Shown here in pieces: positions 13,179 to 27,282 of a stretch of 64,000 nt of DNA. This stretch comes from Octopus sinensis (lineage: Eukaryota), in NCBI RefSeq assembly GCF_006345805.1, contig NC_043000.1, positions 151,838,001-151,902,000 on the forward strand, read 5' to 3'. The translations under genes were made by a program, and so were the position numbers. Below the pieces are notes generated by a model, which did not search any database, was not told where the DNA came from, and worked only from the letters and a program-made list of their open reading frames with translations. The stretch's first letter is position 1; every line of letters starts with the position of its first letter.

Positions 13179-13974
13179 TTAAAATAACAGGGCTCGTAGG
13201 GTCGGCTATCCTGTTCTTTTAACTTCATTTGTCTCTTTTTGTTTGTTTGTTCTTATTCGATTTCATTTTCATTTTCATTGTAATTTCATTACCATCCGAT
13301 TTTCATTGTAAAAAGTTCCGTTTTTGACCCCAAACCATTGTATTGTCCCCATCTGTGTTAATCCTTATGGATAATAAAGAAATTTGTTCTCTAGGAGCCC
13401 GTACTTCTTTGGCGTTTTCATCCCATCCATATTCTTCTAATGATCGATTATCACACGTCGCACCATTTATTCGGGTGTCACTGATTTGTATACTCGTACA
13501 TTTATTATTAGAGTGTTAATTCTCGGGGCATCCGGGATCCTTCTTACATCAATACAGACAGTGGAATTTGGGTTATTCATATGGTAGAACAACACGACTG
13601 TCAAATGAAAAAGAGTAATCAGTCAGTGGGTCAATCCGTTCTAAGTACAAAACTATTTTTAACATTAACAGATGTTTTTTTTCTTATATCCGCATTGGTC
13701 AGGTGAGTCATTGGGGAAGTTCTTTCTATAGGGACTTTCTCCTACGCCAACCGTATTACTTAGTTTACTAATAACTGTTTTAATTAAACACTTGTTGTTC
13801 ATTAAATTGTTAGTCTTATTATGAATAACAATATGCTTTACAGTAACCTCCGTAAAATACTTTTTTTTTTTCTCACCACTCCCAACAAAGATCTCGTTAT
13901 AATATTCGGTGTTATTGAACATCTGCTCGTCTGCCAGAAGGTTTGGACTTATAATTGAAATATTATAATATATA

Positions 13975-14138
13975 GGGGCAGGAGTGGCTGCGTGGTAACT
14001 AGCTTGTTTACCAACCGCATGGTTCCGGGTTCAGTCCCACTGCGTGGCACTTGGGCAAGTGTCTTCTACTATAGCCTCGGGCCGACCAAAGCCTTGTGAG
14101 TGGATTTGGGAGACGGAAACTGAAAGAAGCCCGTCGTG

Positions 14139-14194
<56 letters not shown>

Positions 14195-14373
14195 GCTTGG
14201 CAACTGATGCTGGTGTGTTTATGTCCCCGTAACTTAGCGGTTCGGCAAAAGAAACCGATAGAATAAGTACTAGGCTCACAAAGAATAAGACCTGGCGTCG
14301 AGTTGTTCGACTAAAGGCGGTGCTCCAGCATGGCCGCAGTCAAATGATTGAAACAAATAAAAGAATAAAAGAG
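13975..14373 (+). mobile_element. SINE family B (CORE-like, internal TA/TG microsatellite)
   Basis: GCAGGAGTGGCTG head, B box GGTTCAGTCCC, CACTTGGGCAAGTGTCTT (CORE-like), and AAACAA(G/A)TAAAAGA tail. Confidence 0.88.
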
Positions 14374-14545
14374 TATTATTTATTGAATTACTTATAATGG
14401 ATAAAGAGCAGTTAGAGAATTATGATAATCTAATGAATAACGTGGGTTTAGTTAAAACCGATATTAGTAAAATATAATCGATATGCACGGGCACACACGT
14501 ACACACACAATCGCACACGCATACACACACATACACACACAAATG

Positions 14546-15681
14546 CATACATACATACATTCATGCATGCATACATACATACATACATACATACATACAT
14601 ACATTCATGCATGCATACATACATACATACATACATACATTCATGCATGCATACATACATACATGCATGCATGCATACATACATACATACATACATACAT
14701 ACATACAAACATACATACATACATTCATGCATGCATACATACATACATACATACATACATACATACATACATACATTCATGCATGCATACATACATACAT
14801 ACATACATTCATGCATGCATACATACATACATGCATGCATGCATACATACATACATACATACATACATACATACATACATACATACATACATGCATGATT
14901 ACATACATACATACATACATTCATGCATACATACATACATACATACATGCATGCATACATACATACATACAAACATACATACATACATACATACATACAT
15001 ACATACATACATACATGCATGCATGCATACATACATACATACATACATACATACATACATACATACAAACATACATACATACATACATTCATGCATGCAT
15101 GCATACATACATACATACATACATACATACATACATCATAACATTCATGCATGCATACATACATACATACATACATTCATGCATGCATACATACATACAT
15201 GCATGCATGCATACATACATACATACATACATACATACATACATACATACAAACATACATACATACATACATTCATCATGCATGCATACATACATACATA
15301 CATACATGCATGCATACATACATACATTCCATACATACATACATACATACATAATTCATGCATGCATACTACATACATAACATACATACATACATACATT
15401 CATGCATGCATACATACATACATACATTCATGCATGCATACATACATACATGCATGCATGCATACATACATACATACATTCATGCATGCATACATACATA
15501 CATACATACATGCATGCATACATACATACATACATACAAACATACATACATACATACATACATACATTCATGCATGCATACATACATACATTCATGCATG
15601 CATACATACATACATGCATGCATACATACATACATGCATACATACATACATACATACATACATACATACATACATGCATGA

Positions 15682-15712
<31 letters not shown>

Positions 15713-15873
15713 CATACATACATACATGCATGCATACATACATACATACATACATACATACATACATACATACATACATGCATGCATACATACATACATA
15801 CATACATACATGCATGCATACATACATACATACATACATACATACATACATACATACATACATACATACATAC
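14546..15873. repeat. 1.3-kb (CATA)n/(CATG)n compound microsatellite
   Basis: Read directly from the sequence. Confidence 0.97.
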
Positions 15874-16121
15874 GCTCGCGTAGCAAACATGTAAACAAAG
15901 AGAGAGAATGAGTGCGAGAGCACCCTCTTCAAATAAACCTTATTAAACCGAGTGTCGGATAAAGCAGACAAAATCTGACTTCACAGAGTTACTGTAAGCG
16001 TTGGTATCTGCAATCATCTTTAAGTATCTTTGTTGTATTGCTCTGTTCTGATATTTTTGTTGGGGATAAAGTTTTATGTTATTTTAACCTGCTAAATGAA
16101 GAATAGCGTTAATATAACATT

Positions 16122-16531
16122 CTCTCTTTTTACTCTTTTACTTGTTTCAGCCATTTGACTGCGGCCATGCTGGAGCACCGCCTTTAGTCGGGCAAATCGA
16201 CCCCGGGACTTATTCTTTGTAAGCCCAGTACTTATTCTATCGGTCTCTTTTGCCGAACCGCTATGTGACGGGGACGTAAACACACCAGCATCGGTTGTCA
16301 AGTAATGCTAGGGGGACAAACACAGACACACAAACAAACACACACACATATATATATATACATATATACGACAGGCTTCTTTCAGTTTCTGTCTACCAAA
16401 TCCACTCACAAGGCATTGGTGGGCCCGGGGCTATAGCAGAAGACACTTGCCCAAGATGCCACGCAGTGGGACTGAACCCGCAACCATGTGGTTGGTTAGC
16501 AAGCTACTTACCACACAGCCACTCCTGCGCC
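16122..16531 (-). mobile_element. Full-length SINE family B
   Basis: Reverse complement of the family B sequence, including the (CTCTTTTA)n tail. Confidence 0.9.
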
Positions 16532-17735
16532 TATTGAGTGTTTATATCTAAAAACAAAAACCACTATGCCTCGTGGGGTTAGTCGAATAAGGAAAATGCT
16601 AAAGTGGAGTTAAACTTTGTCTGAAACAATGGTTTCAAAACTGGGTGGTCTCGCCCACCTGGTGACAGTGGAAAGCTCCAGAGGGGCGTTGAAGAAAGTA
16701 CTTGGCCAAATGAAGGTGCTGTGAGAATGCCACCTCTACTCTCAGGTTTAGAAAATAATGTATAAAACTCGACCAGGAAAAAGTAGCTTGAAGCCTTGTT
16801 TTCAATTTTTTTTTCTGAAAACAAGAACAAAAAGCAAAACTAAGTAAATATAAAAGCAAAAACACTTACCGGATGAATCTGGCCATAAAGTTCCCAAGAG
16901 AATTCCCAAGAAAGACAAAAGAAATGTTACTGAACAAAACAACACCAACAACAACGATAATGACAACGACAACAGCAGAATCTACAAATTTAAAAGAATG
17001 CAAAGTTTTTCTCGTTTTACTGAACTCTGAACAATAACACAACTCCAACTTCAAACAATAAAATTTTCCATAATATTTTTCCATCAGCGCCCATTCTATA
17101 AATACACGTGTTTCCTGCTCTCTATCACCTAACCTATATATCTACTTCCCTGACGTTCCTACACCAAACCTAATTCCACGTGTCGCCCCCTAACCCAAAA
17201 AACAACTTACCAGAGACTATGTAAAGTCAGGAGGAACTCAGATATACCACAATCCGAATAGCAGTCATTGTCAATCCACTTCTTGCAAAAGTATAATAAA
17301 GATGTACACTACAAAAAGTATTGAGTAATTCTTCAGATTAATTTTGTTTTCGTATCTGGTTTGAATTCGTGCGTTAACCGATTGACTAATAATAAAGGAG
17401 TGGAATTGAATCAGTGCGTGTGTTAATAATATTGGCATAATGACCTCCCTAGACGCGACAAAACTTCAGATTAATGTTAAATTGTTTTATTATAACCCAA
17501 CATAATATGACCATAATTACATATGAGCCACAGTCTCCGTATATGTATATTAAAACTTCATTTGCCCCACTATACTATGTTGGCCAATATTTGAGTATAC
17601 ACACACTCACATATTACATACACACACATGTATGTAAATAAAAGACTGGAAAAAAGTATAGCATCGCCTACAGTAATTGGGCCTCATGTCTATAAATCAT
17701 TTAGCCGTGCTAACGGCTATACCAAAGGCACAGAA

Positions 17736-17966
17736 GGCGGCGAGCTGGCAGAAACGGTAGCGCGCCGGACGAAATGCTCGGCAGTATTTCGTCCGTCTTT
17801 ACGTTCTGAGTTCAAATTCCGCCGAGGTTGACTTTGCCTGTCATCCTTTCGGGGTCGATTAAATAAGTACCAGTTACGCACTGGGGTCGATATAATCAAC
17901 TCAATCCCTTTGTCTGTCCTCGTTTGTCCCCTCTATGTTTAGCCCCTTGTGGGCAATAAAGAAATA
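17736..17966 (+). mobile_element. SINE family A monomer, tail 2
   Basis: Full head, core and tail; degenerate TSD TATACCAAAGGCACA / TATCCCAAAGACACA. Confidence 0.9.
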
Positions 17967-18100
17967 TATCCCAAAGACACATCACCACTTCAGGTGTTCA
18001 AATTAGAACCTTTAACCTAACAAACATGAATTCCTTAAACCATGACCTTGTCAACAGGGAACGCAGTCCAAGCACAGTATCAAGATAGAGTATTATATAA

Positions 18101-18312
18101 TTGTCGGAGCACTGCATCCTTCAAACCTTCCATGCTTCCTGAGATTCGCCAACACTGCACCTGATTGTCTCCCCTCCATACACACGCAAGCATGTGTCTG
18201 ACTCATACACTGCTCACTTCCCAGACATTTGTACATTACTGCATATGCTTTATACGCACTTTTGACAAGTTGTGGTGCACCTGAGCACTGTATACAATAA
18301 TTTCATTATTAT
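18101..18312 (+). mobile_element. CR1-type LINE extreme 3' end
   Basis: Shares CACTGCATCCTT...ATGCTT and the terminal GGTGCACCTGAGCACTGTA with the 4968-5290 element. Confidence 0.7.
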
Positions 18313-18646
18313 CATTATAATTGTATATGAGGAAGTCGGAAACGTTGTAATGCACACACAAGCATATACAAACACACACGCACGCGCACACTCCCACTCA
18401 CACACACATACACGATCATCATAATATACCGGATGAAACTCTGGACCTCTTAGATCTGACTGTTTGCACATGAATGTATATTTTTTGCGTAGATGTATGT
18501 ATATTTATATGCGTGTGCGTGTCTATAAACGTTTATACGTGCGTGTATATTATTGCGTCGGCACTTATATACACACAGGCTTAGATTGTGAGTGTAAGCA
18601 TAGCTCTGTGTACGTGTTTGCAGGAGCCCCACTGATCTTGATATAT

Positions 18647-19055
18647 GTCTATATTTCTCTATTACCCACAAGGTGCTAAACATAGAGGGGACAAACAAGG
18701 ACAGACAAAGAGATTAAGTCGATTATATCGACCCCAGGGCGTAACTGGTACTTATTTAATCGACCCCGAAAAGGATGAAAGGCAAGGTCGACCTCGGCGG
18801 AATTTGAACTCAGAACGAAATACCTATTTCTTTACTACCCACAAGGGGCTAAACACAGAGAGGGTAAACAAGGACAGACAAAGGGATTAAGTCGATTATA
18901 TCGACCCCAGGGCGTAACTGGTACTTATTTAATCGACCCCGAAAAGGATGAAAGGCAAAGTCGACCTCGTCGGAATTTGAACTTACAACGTAGCGGCAGA
19001 CGAAATACCGCTAAGCATTTAGCCCGGCGCGCTAACGTTTCTGCCAGCTTGCCGG
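18647..19055 (-). mobile_element. SINE family A dimer (tail2-tail2)
   Basis: Junction at 18823/18824; 11-bp TSD TCTTGATATAT at 18636-18646 and 19056-19066. Confidence 0.9.
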
Positions 19056-19287
19056 TCTTGATATATATCGCTTGGAATGCTTCTTTCGTTGTCGTTATTT
19101 TCGTTTCTGTGGGTTTTGGTCAGTCATTCTGGTTGGATGCGCATAGCTGGTCAGTTACACCTCACGACAAAGAAATAAAACACAATTACCACAGAGTAGC
19201 AATGATCTTAGGCGAAAATCTGTTAGTGAGTTACAAGTTACCGGCTGGCCGAAGCAAAACAAAAAAAAAAAAGAAAAGAAAAACAAC

Positions 19288-19426
19288 GGAGGCGCAGGAG
19301 TGGCTGTGTGGTAAGTAGCTTGCTTACCAACCACATGGTTCCGGGCAAATGTCTTCTACTATAGCCTCGGGCCGACCAAAGCCTTGTGAGTGGATTTGGT
19401 AGAGCGAAACTGAAAGAAGCCCGTCG

Positions 19427-19473
<47 letters not shown>

Positions 19474-19965
19474 GTTTGTGTGTCTGTGTTTGTCCCCCCC
19501 CCCCAACATCGCTTGACAACCGATGCTGGTGTGTTTACGTCTCCGTAACTTAGCGGTTCGGCAAAATAGACCGATAGAATAAGTACTAGGCTTCCAAATA
19601 ATAAGTCCTGGGGTCGATTTGCTCGACTAAAAGGCGGTGCTCCAGCATGGCCGCAGTCATATGAGTGAAACAAGTAAAAGAGTAATATATATATATGTGT
19701 GTGTGTGTGTATGTGTGTGTGTGTGTGTGTGTTGTGTGTGTGTGTGTGTGTGTGTTTGTGTGTCTGTGTTTGTCCCCCCAACATCGCTTGACAACCGACG
19801 GTGGTGTGTTTACGTCTCCTTAACTTAGCGGTTCGGCAAAAGACATGGATAGAATAAGTACTAGGCTCCCAAATAATAAGTCGATTTGCTCGACTAAAAG
19901 GCGGTGCTCCAGCATGGCCGCAGTCAAATGACTGAAACAAGTAAAAGAGTAAAAAAGTAAAAGAG
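19288..19965 (+). mobile_element. SINE family B followed by a tandem copy of its 3' half
   Basis: Full copy to ~19683, then the microsatellite-to-tail segment is repeated. Confidence 0.85.
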
Positions 19966-20269
19966 AAAGTAGAAAAAAGACTACTCCATACTATTCACCG
20001 TCTCTAGTTGTTTTCTCTATCCTCTTTAAACACCCTTTCTACATCACCAATCCCTACACCACTTCGCCACGAGAAGGATGCATACTTAGTTACATTTGAT
20101 ACGGATAAACAGTCGCAAGTTAAGTAGATTTAATTAAAAGATCAGAAAATAGGATTAATTCTATAATTATTCAACCTAAATAAACAAAATAACGAACTCG
20201 GTATTTTGAAACATTTCAGTATTTTGCTCTGTATATGTAAATCTGGCTCCCGCGAATACACCACATGCA

Positions 20270-20314
20270 TGTGTATGTGAATACGCGCGTGTGTGTGTGT
20301 GTGTGTGTATGTGC

Positions 20315-20349
<35 letters not shown>

Positions 20350-20582
20350 CGTGTGTGTGTGTGTGAATACGTGTGTGTGTGAATACGTGTGTGCGTGCGT
20401 GTGAGTGTGTGTATGTGTGTGAATACGTATGTGTGTGTGTGCGTGCGTGTGTGTGTGCGTACGTGTTGTGTGTGTGCGTGTGTGTGTGTGTGTGCGTGCG
20501 TGGGTGAATACGTGTGTGTGTGTGTGTGTGTGTGTATGTGAATACGTGTGTGTGTGTATGTGTGTGTGTGTGTGTGTGTGGT
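20270..20582. repeat. (GT)n compound microsatellite with GAATAC interruptions
   Basis: Read directly from the sequence. Confidence 0.9.
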
Positions 20583-20688
20583 ATATAAAACAATGCGTGC
20601 ATTATGTTCACGCTAAGTATTTACACTCTCATTACTATTATTGTAAGTGTTCTTGTTAACAGGTAACTCCAAGATTTATTTGCGAGAG

Positions 20689-23600
20689 TATGTATGTATG
20701 TATGTATGTATGTATGTATGTATGTATGTATGTATGCATGCATGTATGTATGTATGTATGTATGTATGTATGTGTGTATGTATGTATGTATGTATGCATG
20801 CATGTATGTATGTATGTGTGTATGAATGTATGTATGTATGAATGTATGTATGTATGTATGTATGTATGTATGAATGTATGCATGCATGCATGCATGCATG
20901 CATGTATGTATGTATGTATGTATGTATGTATGTATGTATGTATGTATGTATGTATGTATGTATGTATGCATGCATGTATAGTATGTATGTATGTATGTAT
21001 GTATGTATGTATGTATGTATGTATGTATGTATGCATGCATGCATGCATGTATGTATGTATGTATGTATGTATGTATGTATGATGTATGTATGTATGTATG
21101 TATGTATGTATGTATGTATGTATGTATGTATGTATGCATGCATGTATGTATGTATGTATGTATGTATGTATGTATGTATGTATGTATGTATGCATGCATG
21201 TATGTATGTGTATGTATGTATGTATGTATGTATGAATGTATGCATGCATGCATCATGCATGCATGCATGCATGCATGCATGTATGTATGTATGTATGTAT
21301 GTATGTATGTATGTATGTATGTATGTATGCATGATGCATGCATGTATGTATGTATGTTGTATGTATGTATGTATGAATGTATGTATGTATGTAGTATGTA
21401 TGTATGTATGTATGTATGTATGTGTGTATGTATGTATGTATGTGTGTATGTATGTGTGTATGTATGTATGTATGTATGTATGTATGTGTGTGTATGTATG
21501 TATGTGTATGTATGTATGTATGTATGTATGCATGTATGTATGTATGTATGTATGTATGTATGTATGTATGTATGTATGTATGAATGTATGATTGCATGCA
21601 TGCCTGCATGTATGTATGTATGTATGTATGTATGTATGCATGCATGTATGTATGTATGTATGTATGTATGTATGAATGTATGTATGTATGTATGTATGTA
21701 TGTATGTATGTATGTATGTATGAATGTATGTATGTATGTATGTATGTGTGTATGTATGTATGTATGTGTGTATGTATGTGTGTATGTATGTATGTATGTA
21801 TGTATGTATGTGTGTGTATGTATGTATGTGTATGTATGTATGTGTATGTATGTATGTATGTATGTATGTATGTATGTATGTGTGTATGTATGTATGTGTG
21901 TATTTATGTGTGTATGTGTGTATGTATGTATGTATGTATGTGTGTATGTATGTATGTATGTATGTGTGTATGTATGTATGTATGTGTGTATGTATGTATG
22001 TATGTATGTATGTATTCATGTATGTATGTATGTATGTGTGTGTGTATGTACGTATGTATGTTTGTATGTGTGTATGTATGTGTGTATGCATGTATGTGTG
22101 TATGTATGTATGTATGTATGTCGGTGTGTGTATGTATGTATGTATGTATGTATGTATGTGTGTATGTATGTATGTATGTATGTATGTATGTATGTGTGTA
22201 TGTATGTATGTATGTATGTGTGTATGTATGTATGTATGTGTGTATGTATGTATGTATGTATGTATGTATTCATGTATGTATGTATGTATGTGTGTGTATG
22301 TACGTATGTATGTTTGTATGTGTGTATGTATGTGTGTATGTATGTATGTATGTATGTATGTATGTATGTGTGTATGAATGTATGTATGAATGTATGCATG
22401 CATGCATGCATGCATGTATGTATGTATGTATGTATGTATGTATGTATGTATGAATGTATGTATGCATGCATGTATGTATGTATGTATGTATGTATGTATG
22501 TATGTATGTATGTATGTATGTATGCATGCATGTATGTATGTATGTATGTATGTATGTATGTATGTGTGTGTATGTATGTATGTATGTATGTATGTATGTA
22601 TGTGTGTGTATGTATGTGTGTATGTATGTATGTATGTGTGTATGTATGTATGTATGCATGCATGCATGCATGTATGTATGTATGTATGTATGTATGTATG
22701 TATGTATGTATGTATGTATGTATGTATGTATGTATGTATGTATGTATGTATGCATGCATGCATGCATGCATGTATGTATGTATGTATGTATGTATGCATG
22801 CATGCATGCATGTATGTATGTATGTATGTATGTATGTATGTATGTATGTATGTGTGTATGTATGTATGTATGTGTGTATGTATGTGTGTATGTATGTATG
22901 TATGTATGTATGTGTGTGTATGTATGTATGTGTATGTATGTATGTGTGTATGTATGTATGTATGTATGTATGTATGTATGTATGTGTGTATGTATGTATG
23001 TGTGTATGTATGTGTGTATGTGTGTATGTATGTATGTATGTATGTGTGTATGTATGTATGTATGTGTGTATGTATGTATGTATGTGTGTATGTATGTATG
23101 TATGTATTCATGTATGTATGTATGTGTGTGTGTATGTACGTATGTATTTTGTATGTGTGTATGTATGTGTGTATGCATGTATGTGTGTATGTATGTATGT
23201 ATGTATGTGGGTGTGTGTATGTATGTATGTATGTATGTATGTATGTATGTATGTATGTATGTATGTATGTATGTATGTATGTTGTGTATGTATGTATGTA
23301 TGTATGTATGTGTGTATGTATGTATGTATGTGTGTATGTATGTGTGTATGTATGTATGTATGTATGTATGTGTGTATGTATGTATGTATGTATGTATGTA
23401 TGTATGTATGTATGTATGTATTCATGTATGTATGTATGTATGTATGTATGTGTGTGTGTATGTATGTTTGTATGTATGTTTGTATGTGTGTATGTATGTA
23501 TGTATGTATGTGTGTATGTATGTATGTGTGTATGTATGTATGTATGTATGGTGTATGTATGTATGTGTGTATGTATGTATGTATGTATGTATGTATGTAT

Positions 23601-23843
23601 GTATGTATGTATGTATGTATGTATGTATGTATGTATGTATGTATGTATGTGTGTGTGTATGTATGTATGTGTGTATGTATGTATGTATGTATGTATGTAT
23701 GTGTGTATGTATGTATGTATGTATTTATGTATGTATGTATGTATGTATGTATGTGTGTATGTATGTATGTATGTATGTATGTGTGTATGTATGTATGTAT
23801 GTATGTATGTATGTATGTATGTATGTATGTATGTATGTATGTA
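20689..23843. repeat. 3.15-kb (TATG)n array with TGTG and CATG variants
   Basis: Read directly from the sequence. Confidence 0.97.
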
Positions 23844-23944
23844 TTTGCATGTGTGTGAGGGAAAGAGAGAGACAAAGATGTTCATGTGTGTGTGTGTGTA
23901 TGTGTGTGCATACTTCGCTTGCTGTTTTAGATACCTCTGTAGTC

Positions 23945-24160
23945 GCAAGCAGACATTGAGACCCTCCTGGCCGCCCCACCCTTGATGCAACGTAGCATCC
24001 TGGTTGCGGCAATTGATAGAACGGGGTGCAAAGAGCATTTACCTGATGCTCATTTCCACCTAAACAGAAGGGAGCAACGTGAAATTAAATTCCCCCCCCC
24101 CTTGCAAAATGATACAATACACTGTCCACTCAACCCTCTAACCACTGGACCAAGTGCTTT
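23945..24160 (-). mobile_element. Very old SINE remnant, possibly family D-related
   Basis: Minus strand shows an A-box-like GGTCCAGTGGTTAGAGGG, and ATTTCACGTTGCTCC resembles the 9445-9670 element. Confidence 0.4.
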
Positions 24161-24162
24161 CA

Positions 24163-24743
24163 CATACATACATACATACATACATACATACATACATACA
24201 TACATACATACATGCATGCATACATACATACCTACATACATACATACATACATACATATATGCATGCATGCATACATACATACATACATACATACATACA
24301 TACATACATACATACATACATAGATGCATGCATGCATACATACATAAATACATACATACATGCATACATACATATATACATACATACATACATGCTTGCA
24401 TGCATGCATACATACATACATACATACATACATACATACATACATACATACATACATACATACATGCATACATGCATGCATGCATACATACATACATACA
24501 TACATACATACCTACATACATACATACATGCATACAATCATACATGCATGCATGCATACATACATACATGCATGCATACATACATACATACATACATGCA
24601 TACATTCATACATACATACATACATGCATACATACATGCATGCATACATACATACATACATACATACATACATACATACATACATACACACATACATACA
24701 TGCATACAATCATACATACATACAAACATACATACATACATAC
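24163..24743. repeat. (CATA)n array, opposite orientation to the 20689-23843 array
   Basis: Read directly from the sequence. Confidence 0.97.
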
Positions 24744-24859
24744 CCTGACTATAAATTCTCATTTATACTTATAATCATAGGTGCATTAAGCAATATGTAC
24801 CAACAAATCTGCACAAAAACCTAGAAATACTGGGTTTTGCGGGAAAAGACCTAAACAAA

Positions 24860-25720
24860 TATATGTATGTCATTATTCAGTTTATTTCAAGAATTCTTGC
24901 CCACAGAGAATGAACCGGTTTCTAACCTAGATCCAAGGCTTCTTCATTGGAATTTCAACAACAGAGTAATTTTGTATGTATGTAGTATGTATGTATGTAT
25001 GTATGTATGTATGTATGTATGTATGTATGTATGTATGTATGTATGTATGTGTGTATATGTATGTACGTATGTATGTATGTATGTATGCATGAATGCATGT
25101 ATGTATGAGCGGATTTGTATGTTTTATGTATGTATTCTCATACATCTAGACATACTCATATATGATATCTAGATATACTCATATATATTTAAATGATAAA
25201 CTTCTGGAAAGTTTTACAGAATTTTACAGTTCCAGCGATAGATTAGATCTGTAGTTTTCGAATTATCTTTCTCCTTTCTGGTTTTGAGAAGCCTAATTTC
25301 TCAAGATTGGTATTTAGGCAGAGTGTTACATATCCCAGGCACACAATAATTACAAGTATAATCTGGATAGAGTAACTGCAGATTCCTCAATAGTTCATCA
25401 TAGGTGTTCTATCTTTCACTGATCTTCAACTTTATGTTAACATCCACTGGGCAGCTTATTTCCACAACTGCACAGTTTCCCTTCTCTATCCCAAATCATT
25501 ATATCAGGTCTATTGTGCTTACACTTTATTGAGGTCTTCACTAGTACATTCCACTAGTATTCCTTTTTGTTATAAGTGGCTATGGCTTCTACCATATTGT
25601 GGGTTCTTATTTCTTTGTCCTCGGGATTATCCTTCCGACGGATTTCATTATAGAGTGTCCTAGCTACAATGTCATGTTCCATCGGCATGTTTTAATAGGA
25701 GCCTGACTAACAAAGTAATA
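24860..25720 (-). mobile_element. R4/Dong-like non-LTR retrotransposon 3' fragment: restriction-like endonuclease (RLE) domain and 3' UTR, with stops and frameshifts
   Basis: Minus-strand translation EHDIVARTLYNEIRRKD...WNVLVKTSIKCKHNRPDIMIWDRE..VVEISCPVDVNIKLK..GTVKFCKTFQKFII* carries the (R)HD, PD and (D/E)xxCP RLE motifs; the ORF stop is at 25189. Confidence 0.8.
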
Positions 25721-26679
25721 TATAAAATTCTAAAGTGATATTGGATTGTATCAATCATGATGTCCACAGAATTTAAATATATTAACCTAGCCTTGTGCAC
25801 TGAACGAGAGACTAGTTAGCTGTCTAACCGATATCAATAGATTATAGGAACCTAAACTTCGTGCGCAAATGATGCTTTCGCATTTGTACATTTGTTCCTC
25901 GAAGAATATAATTCGATTTCATGAAAGTATTGGGGATTTTCGAGACTCATGTTCAGTTTGTGAGAAAGACTGACACGTTTTGTTAAAATTTGCTGAGTGT
26001 GCAGGTTTTGTTTGTGTAAACTGTTGACCAGACTATGACACAAAAATAAATTTCAAGAACATGCAATACTAAACAACTTACGATTAATAAGCATCGAGTA
26101 TTTAGAACTTTCTAATTTCAATTCCTAAAAGGATTTCTCTTAATAACCAACTCTTTCCTAGAGACAAGAAACCAACGTTCCCTCTAAATTTTAGTAGCCA
26201 CTGTGCAGAAAAAGTCAGATGTTATGCAATTATTTTCTTGCTACGAAAATATGTGCTCGCTAAGACATGTGTAAATTTGAAATTGTTTCAAGAGAATTTT
26301 GGCACGGCCTGTCTCGCATTCTGAAAAAAAAATGCTTTAGAATGTTTTAATGAGAGCCTGGCAAAAAGAAATACGCACACACACATGCAAAAATTAAACA
26401 AAGCATATTAAAAAATATTTTCAGGAATTTTAGGATAAATAAATTTAATGATAATACACTTAGTTTATCTCTGTTGAGGAACTTCTTAAAAAGAAACTTT
26501 ATTGAATTTATAAACTTTTATTAAAACGAAATAAAATTTTTAAGTTTTAAAATTCGGTAAGTTTCTCGTTGATAAAATTCCTCAAAATAATATACTTCCG
26601 TTACGAGAACTTATGTGCAAAATTAGAAGCTTTGTCGGTGAGGGGATCACATTTTGGGTTTCTTTCGTCTCATCTGTTT

Positions 26680-26838
26680 TAATATAATATAATATAATAT
26701 TATATTATATTATATTATATATATATACATATATATATATACATATATATATATATACATATATAGTTTTATGTGCTAAGCCACTTGGTGTTAAATTGAT
26801 GGTATTATTAAATTAATATCAAATTTTTCACCCTCATT

Positions 26839-26876
<38 letters not shown>

Positions 26877-27032
26877 TATATACATATATATACATATTCA
26901 CATATATATATATATATATATATAATATATAATATATATATATATATATATATTATACATATATATACATATAGATATACATATATATATATATACATAT
27001 ATATACATATATATACATATATATATACATAT

Positions 27033-27087
<55 letters not shown>

Positions 27088-27107
27088 AATATATATATAT
27101 AATATAT

Positions 27108-27150
<43 letters not shown>

Positions 27151-27236
27151 GTATATATAAATATACATATATATATATATATACATATGTATATATAATA
27201 TATATTATATATATATATATACATATGTATATATAA

Positions 27237-27279
<43 letters not shown>
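26680..27279. repeat. (TA)n-rich microsatellite block
   Basis: Read directly from the sequence. Confidence 0.95.

Positions 27280-27282
<3 letters not shown>

Noticed and set aside
20676-24038. 1120-aa and other long ORFs (YIHT/MYVC repeats), also those at 14448-15971, 11033-11788 and 35556-36530
   Set aside because: They are translations of microsatellites lacking stop codons, with no domain content.
24911-24948. Hammerhead-like ATGAAGA-stem-AGAAACCGGTT on the minus strand in the RLE 3' UTR
   Set aside because: C3 is missing, there is an extra base before GAAA, and no helix I forms.
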